DNA from: a virus | Lineage: Duplodnaviria > Heunggongvirae > Uroviricota > Caudoviricetes | Length of the DNA: 36,391 nucleotides | IMG/VR virus record: IMGVR_UViG_2778261056_000002 | Direction: 5' to 3' (one strand) | Part shown: in pieces, positions 27,717 through 36,350 of the stretch | Position numbering within the stretch: the stretch's first letter is position 1 | Layout of the letters: every line of letters starts with the position of its first letter | Position numbers and translations under genes: made by a program | The notes under the pieces: generated by a model | Database searches by the model: none | What the model saw: only the letters and a program-made list of their open reading frames with translations | What the model was told of the DNA's origin: nothing

Positions 27717-27994
27717 GGTCGTCTGAACCTCAGCATCCTGAATTCTGAATTACGCAACTTCCGGCACGGCCTTCAGGAACGTGGGGAGTTCGTTCTGGCT
27801 GCGGCGCTGGATGAACATCTGCGGTCGATTGAGAACTGGTCGCAAGACGATTAAAACAAACGATTGTCAGATTAATTTCGCGGGCGAATTTTTTTTGCTT
27901 AGCGATATTCATAAATAAACTTCCTCAGATTCAGGCGTAAGCCAGCCCCGGCGGGTTTACGCCTGTTTTAAATAACAATTAAAAACAAATTAAA

Positions 27995-28186
27995 TTAATG
28001 CGGTGCTTTCAGTGTTTCGACTTTTACGAAATAAGGCTCGACATTAATTTCAACCACACAACCACATTTAAAATCTCTGGCAGGTGAAACGGTTTTCACC
28101 ACACGACCACCACGCAACGCCGGATGTGCAGTGTGCATGAAGCGAGTCCCTACCGGATACTGCTTATTAAAGTTCTTCGCATTCAT
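27995..28186 (-). CDS. Hypothetical protein
   Basis: 63 aa ORF. Confidence 0.4.
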   Translation of the reverse strand: MNAKNFNKQYPVGTRFMHTAHPALRGGRVVKTVSPARDFKCGCVVEINVEPYFVKVETLKAPH

Positions 28187-28400
28187 GGCGTGGCTTCCAT
28201 CCTTTCAGGTGAGCATTAGCACAGAACTCGGCCCGGTGTTCCGCCCAGATGCGGCGCAGGGTGCTACACGGGCTTTGTGCTGCCTTACGCCACAGCTTTT
28301 CAGCCTCGGCATAATCGCCGCGTTGTTCTGCTCTGGACGCGCCTAGCGAATACGCCGCGCAACTATTTCCGGCTCTGTACTCTTTGATATCCTGATGCAT
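28167..28400 (-). CDS. Small two-helix protein, ANR-like (candidate anti-activator)
   Basis: Track ORF 28167..28490; internal ATG directly after the upstream stop gives 77 aa with YSLGASRAEQRGDYAEAEKLWRKAAQ and WAEHRAEFC motifs. Confidence 0.45.
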   Translation of the reverse strand: MHQDIKEYRAGNSCAAYSLGASRAEQRGDYAEAEKLWRKAAQSPCSTLRRIWAEHRAEFCANAHLKGWKPRHECEEL

Positions 28401-28401
28401 G

Positions 28402-29046
28402 TTAAACCCCTGCAATATCAAGCGGGATTGCGCGATATTCGTCAGAATCGCCGACGCGCTCATACACACGAATATAGCTCTTGCTGCCAATCACCTGGAC
28501 GGCTTCACCAATCAGCGTCATGGCGTTATTCCAGCGTTCGTCCTCAATCTCGAGGCGACGCAGGGCCAGAACGCGACCGGTGTTGATGTTGCCTTCCTTG
28601 TCCGTGCTGAATGCCTCGCTGATGATGGCTTTGATTTCAGGGCGTGCACCTTCCGTCCAGTCAGCCAGGCAATCATCAATCAGCGACTTCGCGGTCTGAA
28701 TGCGTTCATCAAACGCGATACGGTCCTGCATGGCGCGCTGAATCTTGTAACGCCCGTCAAAGCTGTAAAGCGTGATATTCCCTTTTTTACCGCCTTTCAC
28801 AGCGCCGTATTTCTCCGCCGACAGGTCAATAAATGCCTGGATATCACCAAACGCACGCAGTTTCAGTTCCCGCAGTGAGGCGGAGGCGGCAATCACCATC
28901 TCCACAAGCTCACCGACCAACTGCTCGCGGTCGCGGTCAATATCTTTGATAAGGCTTTCAGGTGTCATTACGCCACGGGCATCCACCCAGTAACCTTCAG
29001 GCGCTTGAGTTTTCGTGTATTGCTTAACTTTATTTTCAGTCGTCAT
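28402..29046 (-). CDS. Conserved Mu-like early protein of unknown function (DUF3164-like)
   Basis: 214 aa ORF; family assignment from recollection only. Confidence 0.45.
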   Translation of the reverse strand: MTTENKVKQYTKTQAPEGYWVDARGVMTPESLIKDIDRDREQLVGELVEMVIAASASLRELKLRAFGDIQAFIDLSAEKYGAVKGGKKGNITLYSFDGRYKIQRAMQDRIAFDERIQTAKSLIDDCLADWTEGARPEIKAIISEAFSTDKEGNINTGRVLALRRLEIEDERWNNAMTLIGEAVQVIGSKSYIRVYERVGDSDEYRAIPLDIAGV

Positions 29047-29075
29047 AATTAAATTACCTCAGTGATATTTACAGA

Positions 29076-29291
29076 TTAATGTGTGTTATGCGCGCAGGGT
29101 TCCACGCCAACAGAAAAAGTATCAATGCCATCAAATTCTTTACTCAGGGTTTGATTTATTACCTCCCATATCCGCTGCCTTACGCCAACCTCTTTATCTG
29201 TAAATCCTCTGTTACTAAGAAATCCCTTATTCCTGACATGAACTCTGCCGTTTTCATCGGTATAGATGAGTACTTCTAACTTAACCGCCAT
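29076..29291 (-). CDS. Hypothetical protein
   Basis: 71 aa ORF. Confidence 0.4.
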   Translation of the reverse strand: MAVKLEVLIYTDENGRVHVRNKGFLSNRGFTDKEVGVRQRIWEVINQTLSKEFDGIDTFSVGVEPCAHNTH

Positions 29292-29303
29292 TCTGATTTC
29301 CTC

Positions 29304-29528
29304 TCATTGCCATACGACGGTGCAGCCGTCGATACAGGACGTTTTCACCACGCGGCGCAGGCCGCTGAATGTCTGGACGATTTCCGTTACCGGCCATACA
29401 GGACCACCCACGGGCGGGCAGGCATAAACCACAGGTAAACGGTGATGCTGTCCCGTTACACGACCGCCGGTGGTGTGAATGGCCACACGGGCACGGGAAC
29501 GGACGGCGTTAATGGTCTGCTTGTCCAT
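29304..29528 (-). CDS. Small protein immediately after B (position of Mu kil)
   Basis: Track ORF 29304..29543; second ATG has GGAG 9 nt upstream and gives 74 aa; no sequence-level identification. Confidence 0.4.
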   Translation of the reverse strand: MDKQTINAVRSRARVAIHTTGGRVTGQHHRLPVVYACPPVGGPVWPVTEIVQTFSGLRRVVKTSCIDGCTVVWQ

Positions 29529-29542
29529 CGCCTTATTCTCCA

Positions 29543-30436
29543 TCAGTGAATTAACATTTCTGCGAATTTATCAATGGCCTGCACACTGACCGGCGCATCG
29601 CTGATATCACAAATCCGGTACACACCACGCGCCAGCTTGAACAGACGGCGGGCATTACCCAGCGAACGTGTATAAAGCGCCTCGCTGATTTCCGGTTCTG
29701 CTGCTTCCGGCATCAGCCCGGTGGCTATCTGGTTAAAATCTTCCTGCGACAGCGTATCGCCCAGGTTAAGCGCCAGCGCTACACGGCTGTATAACTGGGC
29801 GAACTCACCGCGACGTCCCTTGAGGTTAATCAGAAGGCGTGGCATACCCGCCAGGACAATCCCGATACCCGCTTTGTCATGCAGACGGCGCAGAACCTCC
29901 AGTGCGCGATAGGGGAGCAGTTCAGCCTCGTCCACCATCAGCAGGCGACCGGAATCACGCAGTTCTCGCACACATGCATCAATCAGTTCGTGGATATTGC
30001 CGCGAACTTTTACCCCCAGCTGGCGGCACAGCTCCTCAAGCAGTGTTCTGGCTGTATAGCCCGGGTCGGCTTCAATCAGGACCGCATCCCGGTTTCTGGC
30101 GGCGTATTCACGCAGAATCATTGTTTTGCCAAGACCTGCCGCGCCATACAGTACGCAGATTTCACATTCCAGATGAGCATAGGCCAACACCTCCAGTCCT
30201 TTGGCAGCCATACCGGTGGCAACAAATTTCGCTTTAATACGGCGGCTGTTTTCCTTTTCCCGCTCACGGGTCACAAAGGCAGAAATGCGTTCTTCAATAT
30301 CAGCCATATCGCCCTGATATTTACCCTGTAAATACTGGTTGATAACGGCGCTGCTACGACCAATAGCACGGGCGACGTGGGTCTGCGTATAGCCGCGACG
30401 GGCCATTACGTCATTTAATTGCGTAATTAAACTCAT
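29543..30436 (-). CDS. Transposition protein B (AAA+ ATPase with N-terminal HTH)
   Basis: 297 aa; N-terminal HTH (RRGYTQTHVARAIGRSSAVINQY) and Walker A GAAGLGKT; directly downstream of the transposase. Confidence 0.85.
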   Translation of the reverse strand: MSLITQLNDVMARRGYTQTHVARAIGRSSAVINQYLQGKYQGDMADIEERISAFVTREREKENSRRIKAKFVATGMAAKGLEVLAYAHLECEICVLYGAAGLGKTMILREYAARNRDAVLIEADPGYTARTLLEELCRQLGVKVRGNIHELIDACVRELRDSGRLLMVDEAELLPYRALEVLRRLHDKAGIGIVLAGMPRLLINLKGRRGEFAQLYSRVALALNLGDTLSQEDFNQIATGLMPEAAEPEISEALYTRSLGNARRLFKLARGVYRICDISDAPVSVQAIDKFAEMLIH

Positions 30437-30454
30437 AATTAAATACCTTTTAAA

Positions 30455-32497
30455 TTAACGGTTGTTTGTGCCGTTTTTCTTTAAATTGCGTTCGCGTTCA
30501 GATGCGAATAAATAAAGTTCTTCTTTTTCCTTTTTCTCCGGGCGTTCCAGTCCATATCCCAGATTAAAGTCAGGCTTCTGCGTAATAGCCGGGGTAAGCT
30601 CGCGTTTAGCCTCTTCGATTTTCTGCGTGGCCCGTGCAATGCGGCCCCTGACGCGTTTCTCCAGTTTTTGTTCGATAACTGGTTTAGCGAAGGCATCAAC
30701 CTTGTTACCGTTCCAGATGGCATCGCAGATATAAGAGCCATCAGCCCGCCGGACAATGACACTGTTTGCATCATGAATATCGTAACTGACCCTGACTTCA
30801 TTCCCGTGCTCTGCGGCCAGCTCATACGAGTAATAAATATTGTTGAATAACTGAATTTCCCCGCGAAATGTTTTGCGCGTCACTTCCGGCCTGAACATTT
30901 CATGCAGTTCTTCCGGCGACAGGAAATCAATTTCAACATTCTGCTCTTTTATCAGTTTCCGGCGATACGCTGCCGGGCTGTAATGCTCGCCATCCTCTTT
31001 GCGAGGAAGGCTGCTGTGTGGCCGGTTGTTATAGCGTCTGACTTCCAGTTCTATGGCTGCCATCAGTTGCTCAAAGGTGGGGACTTCATCCCTTGCCTTA
31101 ACCTGCCGCTTTGTCAGCTCTTTCCCTTTGTGGGTGGCCTTAATGGCTGACTGCATAATCCGTTGCTGCATCATTACGGTTTCCTTGTCTGCTCCCTTTG
31201 AGCAGTACGTCTGGAAACTCAGGGCCACATCCCGGGGAATTTCCTTGTTAAGCCTTTCAATCACCCCGCGCCCCTGTGGGTTACCTGGTATCCCCGTGTG
31301 ATGCTCCACACCCAGCCGGGGCAAAATCCCGGTAATATCAGCGTCAAGCACCCGGTTTTTTTCGCCGCCCCCGTTATCGGAGTAATAAATCAGCGGTATC
31401 CCGTGCTGTGACATGCCATGACGCAGCGCATCAGCAACGGCTATCACGTTCTCCGACAGGGACAGTGACCAGCCCACAACAAAGCGCTGCCCCGCATCCA
31501 TAACCAGCGTCACCTCTGGCCGGAAAATATTGCCGGTCAGTGGGTTAAACGCGGTCATTTTCATACAGTGACCATCCCCGACCCATACCGCATTAACCGG
31601 TAATGTGCTCCAGTCGCGCCGCACAAAGGGATTGAGCGAACGCCAGGCTGAACCGGTGGAGCGGAAACGCTCTTTAACAATCACCGGGACGCTGCTTAAC
31701 ACCCGTCTGACTGCGTGAACTGAAGGCAGTGCTGCCAGCATTCCCGCATCATTCGCGTGTTTTTCATGCCACCAGGCTGAAAACTCGCGATACGCGTATT
31801 CAACGGTCGGGCGCTTCCATGAGCGATAGAACATAAAGAAATCGCTCAACCACCAGACCTGCTCCCACGGTGTTCCCTTATGATGACCGGGAGCCAGTAA
31901 CGCCAGTAACTGATTGGCATCACCGCGCGCCATCACCCAGCTGGAGTACCAGCTATCCAGGCTGCCGGTGCTGACACCGGTTCGCTTTCCCTGACGTGCA
32001 TTTGCAGTATTAGCTGCTTCGATAATGCGGTCAGGTAACGCCCCCATGCGCACACCATCAACGATGTGCTTTAACGCGGCCTTCCTGGTCATTCCGGCGT
32101 ATTCACGCAGTTTATGCACTTCAGTAGCCAGCAATATCCGCGCATCAGCGATGGCCTTTTGCTTGTCAGTCAGTGCCTGGACTTCGCGTAATGCCAGTTC
32201 CGGGCATTTGACCATCACCTCCAGTTCATCGCGAACGGCGACGTTTTTAACTGCCTTCTGCTCAACCACGGCGGGCAGTTGCGTATCTTCCAGGACCTGA
32301 TGGGTCAGGCGCTTACGTAAAACTTTCTGCGCTTCAGCGGGCAGGCAGTCGATGTGATACTCGAATGCTTTGGTGCCTTCACGCTTGCGCTTCCATTCCG
32401 GGTGCGTCTCTGTGATCCGATTGAGCGTCCAGCGCACCCCCTGAACTGTACCGGGCAAACCAGGAAGACCGGCCAGCTCATTGGCTGAATAAAACAT
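30455..32497 (-). CDS. DDE transposase A (Mu A-like)
   Basis: 680 aa; DDE catalytic core; ATG overlaps the Ner-like stop (TAATG). Confidence 0.9.
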   Translation of the reverse strand: MFYSANELAGLPGLPGTVQGVRWTLNRITETHPEWKRKREGTKAFEYHIDCLPAEAQKVLRKRLTHQVLEDTQLPAVVEQKAVKNVAVRDELEVMVKCPELALREVQALTDKQKAIADARILLATEVHKLREYAGMTRKAALKHIVDGVRMGALPDRIIEAANTANARQGKRTGVSTGSLDSWYSSWVMARGDANQLLALLAPGHHKGTPWEQVWWLSDFFMFYRSWKRPTVEYAYREFSAWWHEKHANDAGMLAALPSVHAVRRVLSSVPVIVKERFRSTGSAWRSLNPFVRRDWSTLPVNAVWVGDGHCMKMTAFNPLTGNIFRPEVTLVMDAGQRFVVGWSLSLSENVIAVADALRHGMSQHGIPLIYYSDNGGGEKNRVLDADITGILPRLGVEHHTGIPGNPQGRGVIERLNKEIPRDVALSFQTYCSKGADKETVMMQQRIMQSAIKATHKGKELTKRQVKARDEVPTFEQLMAAIELEVRRYNNRPHSSLPRKEDGEHYSPAAYRRKLIKEQNVEIDFLSPEELHEMFRPEVTRKTFRGEIQLFNNIYYSYELAAEHGNEVRVSYDIHDANSVIVRRADGSYICDAIWNGNKVDAFAKPVIEQKLEKRVRGRIARATQKIEEAKRELTPAITQKPDFNLGYGLERPEKKEKEELYLFASERERNLKKNGTNNR

Positions 32498-32733
32498 TAC
32501 GCCGCCTTACTGGCATACCGGCTTGGCCAGATCTCCGCAGGTTCCACACCAATAGCATCGGCTATGATGCGTTCATATTTAGGGCATGAGCGATACAGTG
32601 CATTTTTTAAAGAGTCTTTTTTTAGACCAGCGCGTTCAGAAAGTTCACGCAATGTAAAACCTTTGGTGTGCACAGCGGCAACGATGTACTCGCGGTGCCA
32701 GTCTTTGTTCATTACTTCATTTCTAACCATCAT
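32497..32733 (-). CDS. ner: Ner-like DNA-binding regulator
   Basis: Track ORF 32497..32826; the Ner-like part begins at MMVRN/MNKDWH; ...RSCPKYERIIADAIGVEPAEIWPSRY matches the Ner/Nlp family signature. Confidence 0.8.
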   Translation of the reverse strand: MMVRNEVMNKDWHREYIVAAVHTKGFTLRELSERAGLKKDSLKNALYRSCPKYERIIADAIGVEPAEIWPSRYASKAA

Positions 32734-32826
32734 TAGGTTACCCTTAAAAGTTATCCGTGCGGATAACACCGCCGTGTTATCCCTTCGGATACAAGTATTG
32801 ATCCATATGTAGCCCATGTAAAGCAA

Positions 32827-32915
32827 AAATAGCCCTTTCTTTGTATTTTCTTTTTGATTTTGGTCTTTATATGGTTTTTACAATTAAAATCAACTAGTTA
32901 TAGAGGAAAGAAAAA
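32827..32915. promoter_or_regulatory. Divergent early control region (repressor and early-operon promoters with operators)
   Basis: AT-rich 89 bp gap between divergent Ner-like and repressor genes; AGAGGAAAG RBS before the repressor ATG. Confidence 0.5.
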
Positions 32916-33563
32916 ATGACCAGAAATGATGATGCTTTTTCTTTTGTCGACCGGGGAAAAGAAAGTTTCAGAGAGCGTTTAGTAAAGCTGATAGGTAACC
33001 GCAGTGTCAGAACTGCTGCGAGTGATTGGGGAATTCCCCCTTCAACCTTAAACAACTACATTCATAAAGGAACTGAGCCTTCTTTTAAAATAGCTTGCCT
33101 TATCTCAGATAAAGAGCAGGTGAGCTTAAATTGGCTCGCTTACGGTAAGGAACCCAACGCCAAAGAAGGTTCTCTATCAAATCAAACAGCGCAGCCTTCT
33201 CCCGATATTACAAACGAGCTAGTTAACGAGTTATTGAAAAGAGCGTCCACAGAAGTTAAGGAGCAACTGATAAGTGCAATATGCGATATGGGCATTAAAG
33301 GAATCTTGGAACGCCTACAGCAACCCACCAGGCAAGCTACGCAGGCCGACAGCGACCTGGACGAACTGGAGAATGCCATCAGAAGACTAAACATCAGGGA
33401 ATCGCTTAAAGACACTATTTGCATGGCATTGGCTGGTAATGAAGAAATTGACAAAGAGATTTTGCGTCGTATCGAATCTCGTATACGAGCTGGGTCGCCG
33501 AGTGGTCATACCGTTGCCACGCCGGAGCAAGAAACGAAGCCTGTAAGCAAAAAATCAGCATGA
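32916..33563 (+). CDS. Prophage repressor (HTH, Mu c position)
   Basis: 215 aa; N-terminal HTH (VRTAASDWGIPPSTLNNYIHKGTEPSFKIACLISDKEQVSLNWLAYGK); only phage gene on the plus strand, transcribed toward the prophage end. Confidence 0.65.
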   Translation: MTRNDDAFSFVDRGKESFRERLVKLIGNRSVRTAASDWGIPPSTLNNYIHKGTEPSFKIACLISDKEQVSLNWLAYGKEPNAKEGSLSNQTAQPSPDITNELVNELLKRASTEVKEQLISAICDMGIKGILERLQQPTRQATQADSDLDELENAIRRLNIRESLKDTICMALAGNEEIDKEILRRIESRIRAGSPSGHTVATPEQETKPVSKKSA

Positions 33564-33722
33564 GCGCCTACTGCCTGGTGGGCGCATGCTGCCAACTAAT
33601 TAGCGACATCCACAACAAAACCAATACAGAAGACGGATAAGAAAGGGACAAATCAACCAAGGTTAAAACGGGTTTTAAAAGTATTTAAACGCCGTTAAGT
33701 TTGTAGCAGAACCAGATCAAAA

Positions 33723-33866
33723 GCGCCCAGAAAAAAGCGCAAAAAAAAGCGTTTTTGGTCATTTCTCACAAATCCGCCCAGAATCACACTAAATCACCAC
33801 ACCCCGCGCCACACAAGGCTTGCAGGTTCTACCAGGCTGCACGAACTCCGCCCAGAATTGATCACT
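33723..33866. repeat. Three direct repeats of (T/G)CGCCCAGAA within about 150 bp of the prophage terminus; candidate transposase end-binding sites
   Basis: TCCGCCCAGAAT at about 33773 and 33847 (74 bp apart) and GCGCCCAGAA at about 33723; terminus ends ...CCCACA at 33874. Confidence 0.5.
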
Positions 33867-33874
33867 ACCCCACA

Positions 33875-34775
33875 CGTGCGTGAAAACGGCCATGTGGCGA
33901 AGGTCGCGGTACTGGGACTGGCTCAGGCGCGTGACCCGCAGCTGGCGGCATGGATTGAAGAAAACGTCACCTTCCCGTGCACCATGGTTGACCGCATCGT
34001 TCCGGCGGCGACGCCAGAAACCTTGCAGGAAATTGCTGACCAGCTGGGTGTTTACGACCCGTGCGCCATTGCCTGCGAACCGTTCCGTCAGTGGGTGATT
34101 GAAGATAACTTCGTTAACGGTCGCCCGGACTGGGATAAAGTGGGCGCACAGTTCGTTGCAGACGTTGTGCCGTTCGAAATGATGAAGCTGCGTATGCTGA
34201 ACGGCAGCCACTCTTTCCTGGCATACCTCGGTTACCTCGGCGGCTATGAAACCATTGCCGACACCATGACTAACCCGGATTATCGCAAAGCGGCCTTCTC
34301 CTTGATGATGCAGGAACAAGCGCCAACGCTGTCGATGCCGGAAGGTACGGACCTGAACGCCTATGCGACGCTGCTGATCGAGCGTTTCAGCAACCCGTCT
34401 CTGCGTCACCGTACCTGGCAGATTGCGATGGACGGCAGCCAGAAGTTACCGCAGCGTCTGCTGGACCCGGTGCGTCTGCACCTGCAAAACGGCGGCAGCT
34501 GGCGTCACCTGGCGCTGGGCGTGGCTGGCTGGATGCGTTACACCCAGGGCGTGGATGAGCAGGGTAATGCCATTGACGTGGTCGACCCGATGCTGGCGGA
34601 GTTCCAGAAGGTCAACGCGCAGTATCAGGGCGCAGACCGCGTGAAAGCGCTGCTGGGCCTGAGCGGTATTTTTGCCGATGATCTGCCGCAGAATGCCGAC
34701 TTTGTTGGCGCAGTGACGGCGGCATATCAGCAGCTGTGCGAACGCGGTGCGCGCGAGTGTGTGGCTGCGCTGTAA
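33875..34775 (+). pseudogene. uxuB: uxuB (D-mannonate oxidoreductase) 3' fragment, truncated by the prophage insertion
   Basis: Translation from 33876 (VRENGHVAKVAVLGLAQARDPQLAAWIEEN...LCERGARECVAAL) recognised as the C-terminal part of UxuB; upstream residues in the track ORF are phage-end DNA. Confidence 0.85.
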
Positions 34776-34799
34776 CTAACTGATTACCCTACAGACTTA

Positions 34800-34844
34800 C
34801 TGGTCAATCAAACTGATATTTGGTTGACCAGTTTTCGTTTTTTT
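34800..34844 (+). terminator. uxuB rho-independent terminator
   Basis: CTGGTCAA...TTGACCAG inverted repeat followed by TTTTCGTTTTTTT. Confidence 0.55.
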
Positions 34845-34918
34845 GCCCACCTATACGTGCCAACTTCCAGTGCTAATGGTATAGTTTGAGATTAACGGGG
34901 GCCGTAAAATTGCCCGTT

Positions 34919-34952
34919 GTAGGCCGGATAAGGCGTTCACGCCGCATCCGGC
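34919..34952. repeat. REP (repetitive extragenic palindrome) element
   Basis: GTAGGCCGGATAAGGCGTTCACGCCGCATCCGGC matches the classic enterobacterial REP sequence. Confidence 0.6.
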
Positions 34953-34989
34953 AAAAATTTGATTAACCGCACCTAACGGACACAACACC

Positions 34990-35763
34990 ATGAAATCTGC
35001 CACCTCTGCGCAAAGACCTTACCAGGAAGTCGGGGCGATGATCCGCGATCTGATCATAAAGACGCCGTACAATCCTGGCGAACGGCTGCCGCCGGAGCGT
35101 GAAATTGCAGAAATGCTTGATGTCACGCGGACGGTGGTACGTGAAGCGCTGATCATGCTGGAGATCAAAGGGCTGGTGGAAGTACGCCGGGGTGCCGGTA
35201 TCTATGTTCTTGATAACTCAGGCAGCCAGAACACAGACAGTCCGGATGCCAACGTCTGCAACGATGCCGGTCCTTTTGAGCTGTTACAGGCGCGGCAGTT
35301 ATTGGAGAGCAACATCGCCGAGTTTGCCGCTTTGCAGGCTACCCGCGAAGATATCGTCAAAATGCGTCAGGCATTGCAACTGGAAGAGCGTGAACTGGCT
35401 TCCAGTGCGCCGGGCAGCAGCGAAAGCGGTGACATGCAGTTCCATCTCGCTATTGCCGAAGCAACGCATAACAGCATGCTGGTGGAGCTGTTCCGTCAGT
35501 CCTGGCAGTGGCGGGAAAACAATCCAATGTGGATCCAGTTGCACAGCCATCTGGATGACAGCCTGTATCGCAAAGAGTGGTTGGGCGATCACAAACAGAT
35601 CCTCGCCGCGTTAATCAAAAAAGATGCCCGAGCGGCGAAGCTGGCAATGTGGCAGCATCTGGAAAACGTTAAGCAACGTCTGCTGGAATTCTCGAACGTT
35701 GACGATATTTATTTTGATGGCTATCTGTTTGATTCATGGCCGCTGGATAAAGTCGACGCCTGA
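34990..35763 (+). CDS. uxuR: UxuR, GntR-family repressor of hexuronate utilisation
   Basis: 257 aa; N-terminal GntR-type HTH; sequence recognised as UxuR; follows uxuB as in the uxuAB-uxuR locus. Confidence 0.9.
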   Translation: MKSATSAQRPYQEVGAMIRDLIIKTPYNPGERLPPEREIAEMLDVTRTVVREALIMLEIKGLVEVRRGAGIYVLDNSGSQNTDSPDANVCNDAGPFELLQARQLLESNIAEFAALQATREDIVKMRQALQLEERELASSAPGSSESGDMQFHLAIAEATHNSMLVELFRQSWQWRENNPMWIQLHSHLDDSLYRKEWLGDHKQILAALIKKDARAAKLAMWQHLENVKQRLLEFSNVDDIYFDGYLFDSWPLDKVDA

Positions 35764-35775
35764 CTTATTATAATA

Positions 35776-35808
35776 AGCGCAAGGGTAAACGTTCCTTGCG
35801 CTTTCTTA
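35776..35808 (+). terminator. uxuR terminator hairpin (may act bidirectionally)
   Basis: AGCGCAAGG-loop-CCTTGCGCT followed by TTCTT. Confidence 0.5.
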
Positions 35809-35903
35809 AATTAAGAAGTCGCAATGAGTATTACTTTGTAAATTGCAGGGTATTGTTTAGCTATCTGTATAACCTGAATGTTAGTACTCATTCTTCTCAG
35901 TGG

Positions 35904-36350
35904 CTATTTACCAATATAATTCCATTCACCATTTTTTAATTCAAACAGTTCTGGAAGAGATGACGGTTGCAGAGTCATACGTTTGAGTGGTGCATTTTCA
36001 TCACCCGGGATAACTTTATATCCCATTTTTGCATGGATCTCCGCGGTACCGGGATAGACTTCTATACCAATTATTGGGTCATTACCCAACTCAATATTAG
36101 CATTAAGTAATGCGGCAAGGGCGAATCCGGAAGAATTTGCCACCCCTGAGACAGTCATTATCTGATCAATATAGATATCAATCCTTGGCTGCTCATTGGT
36201 CCATCTTTTTGCCTGAGAAGCTGGAAGGGTTGAAATATATCCTATCGTGGTTCCGGCGTAACCTGGAACATTGCAACCAGGGCCTAATGTTATTTCATGA
36301 ACTGTATAGTTCTCAACAGGATAGGAAGGGCTCTTCGGTGATGCTGCCAA
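35904..36350 (-). CDS. Hypothetical protein in AT-rich host-flank DNA, convergent with uxuR
   Basis: 148 aa ORF; track start is a TTG just after an in-frame stop, so the true start is unresolved. Confidence 0.4.
   Translation of the reverse strand: MAASPKSPSYPVENYTVHEITLGPGCNVPGYAGTTIGYISTLPASQAKRWTNEQPRIDIYIDQIMTVSGVANSSGFALAALLNANIELGNDPIIGIEVYPGTAEIHAKMGYKVIPGDENAPLKRMTLQPSSLPELFELKNGEWNYIGK

Larger units (their letters stand above)
1..33874 (-). mobile_element. Mu-like transposable prophage, partial: the c-repressor end lies at 33874, the tail-fibre end lies beyond the window start
   Basis: Mu-type gene order on one strand (repressor, Ner-like, DDE transposase, AAA+ B, early genes, GemA, Mor/C, lysis, terminase, portal, head, tail); terminus reads 5'-TG on the phage strand; three transposase-site-like repeats near the end. 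Confidence 0.85.

Noticed and set aside
27730-27912. 60 aa ORF as a confident gene
   Set aside because: Low-complexity C-terminus and an equally plausible alternative frame; kept only as an ambiguous region in the findings.
1-32900. Many plus-strand ORFs in the track (for example 3107..3778, 5928..6452, 15712..16290, 17831..18475, 20065..20694, 25211..25864, 25916..26491, 29879..30331)
   Set aside because: They lie antisense to and fully overlap well-supported minus-strand phage genes, lack ribosome binding sites and have skewed composition; they are shadow ORFs.
33665-33681. 11-mer TTTTAAAACCC shared (inverted) between the G-I palindrome and the repressor-proximal end region
   Set aside because: A single 11-mer match is expected by chance many times in a 36 kb window; not evidence of a shared binding site.
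33858-33874. Track start MITTPH for the uxuB ORF
   Set aside because: These codons are phage-end DNA read in frame up to a TTG; the native uxuB frame only begins at the junction.
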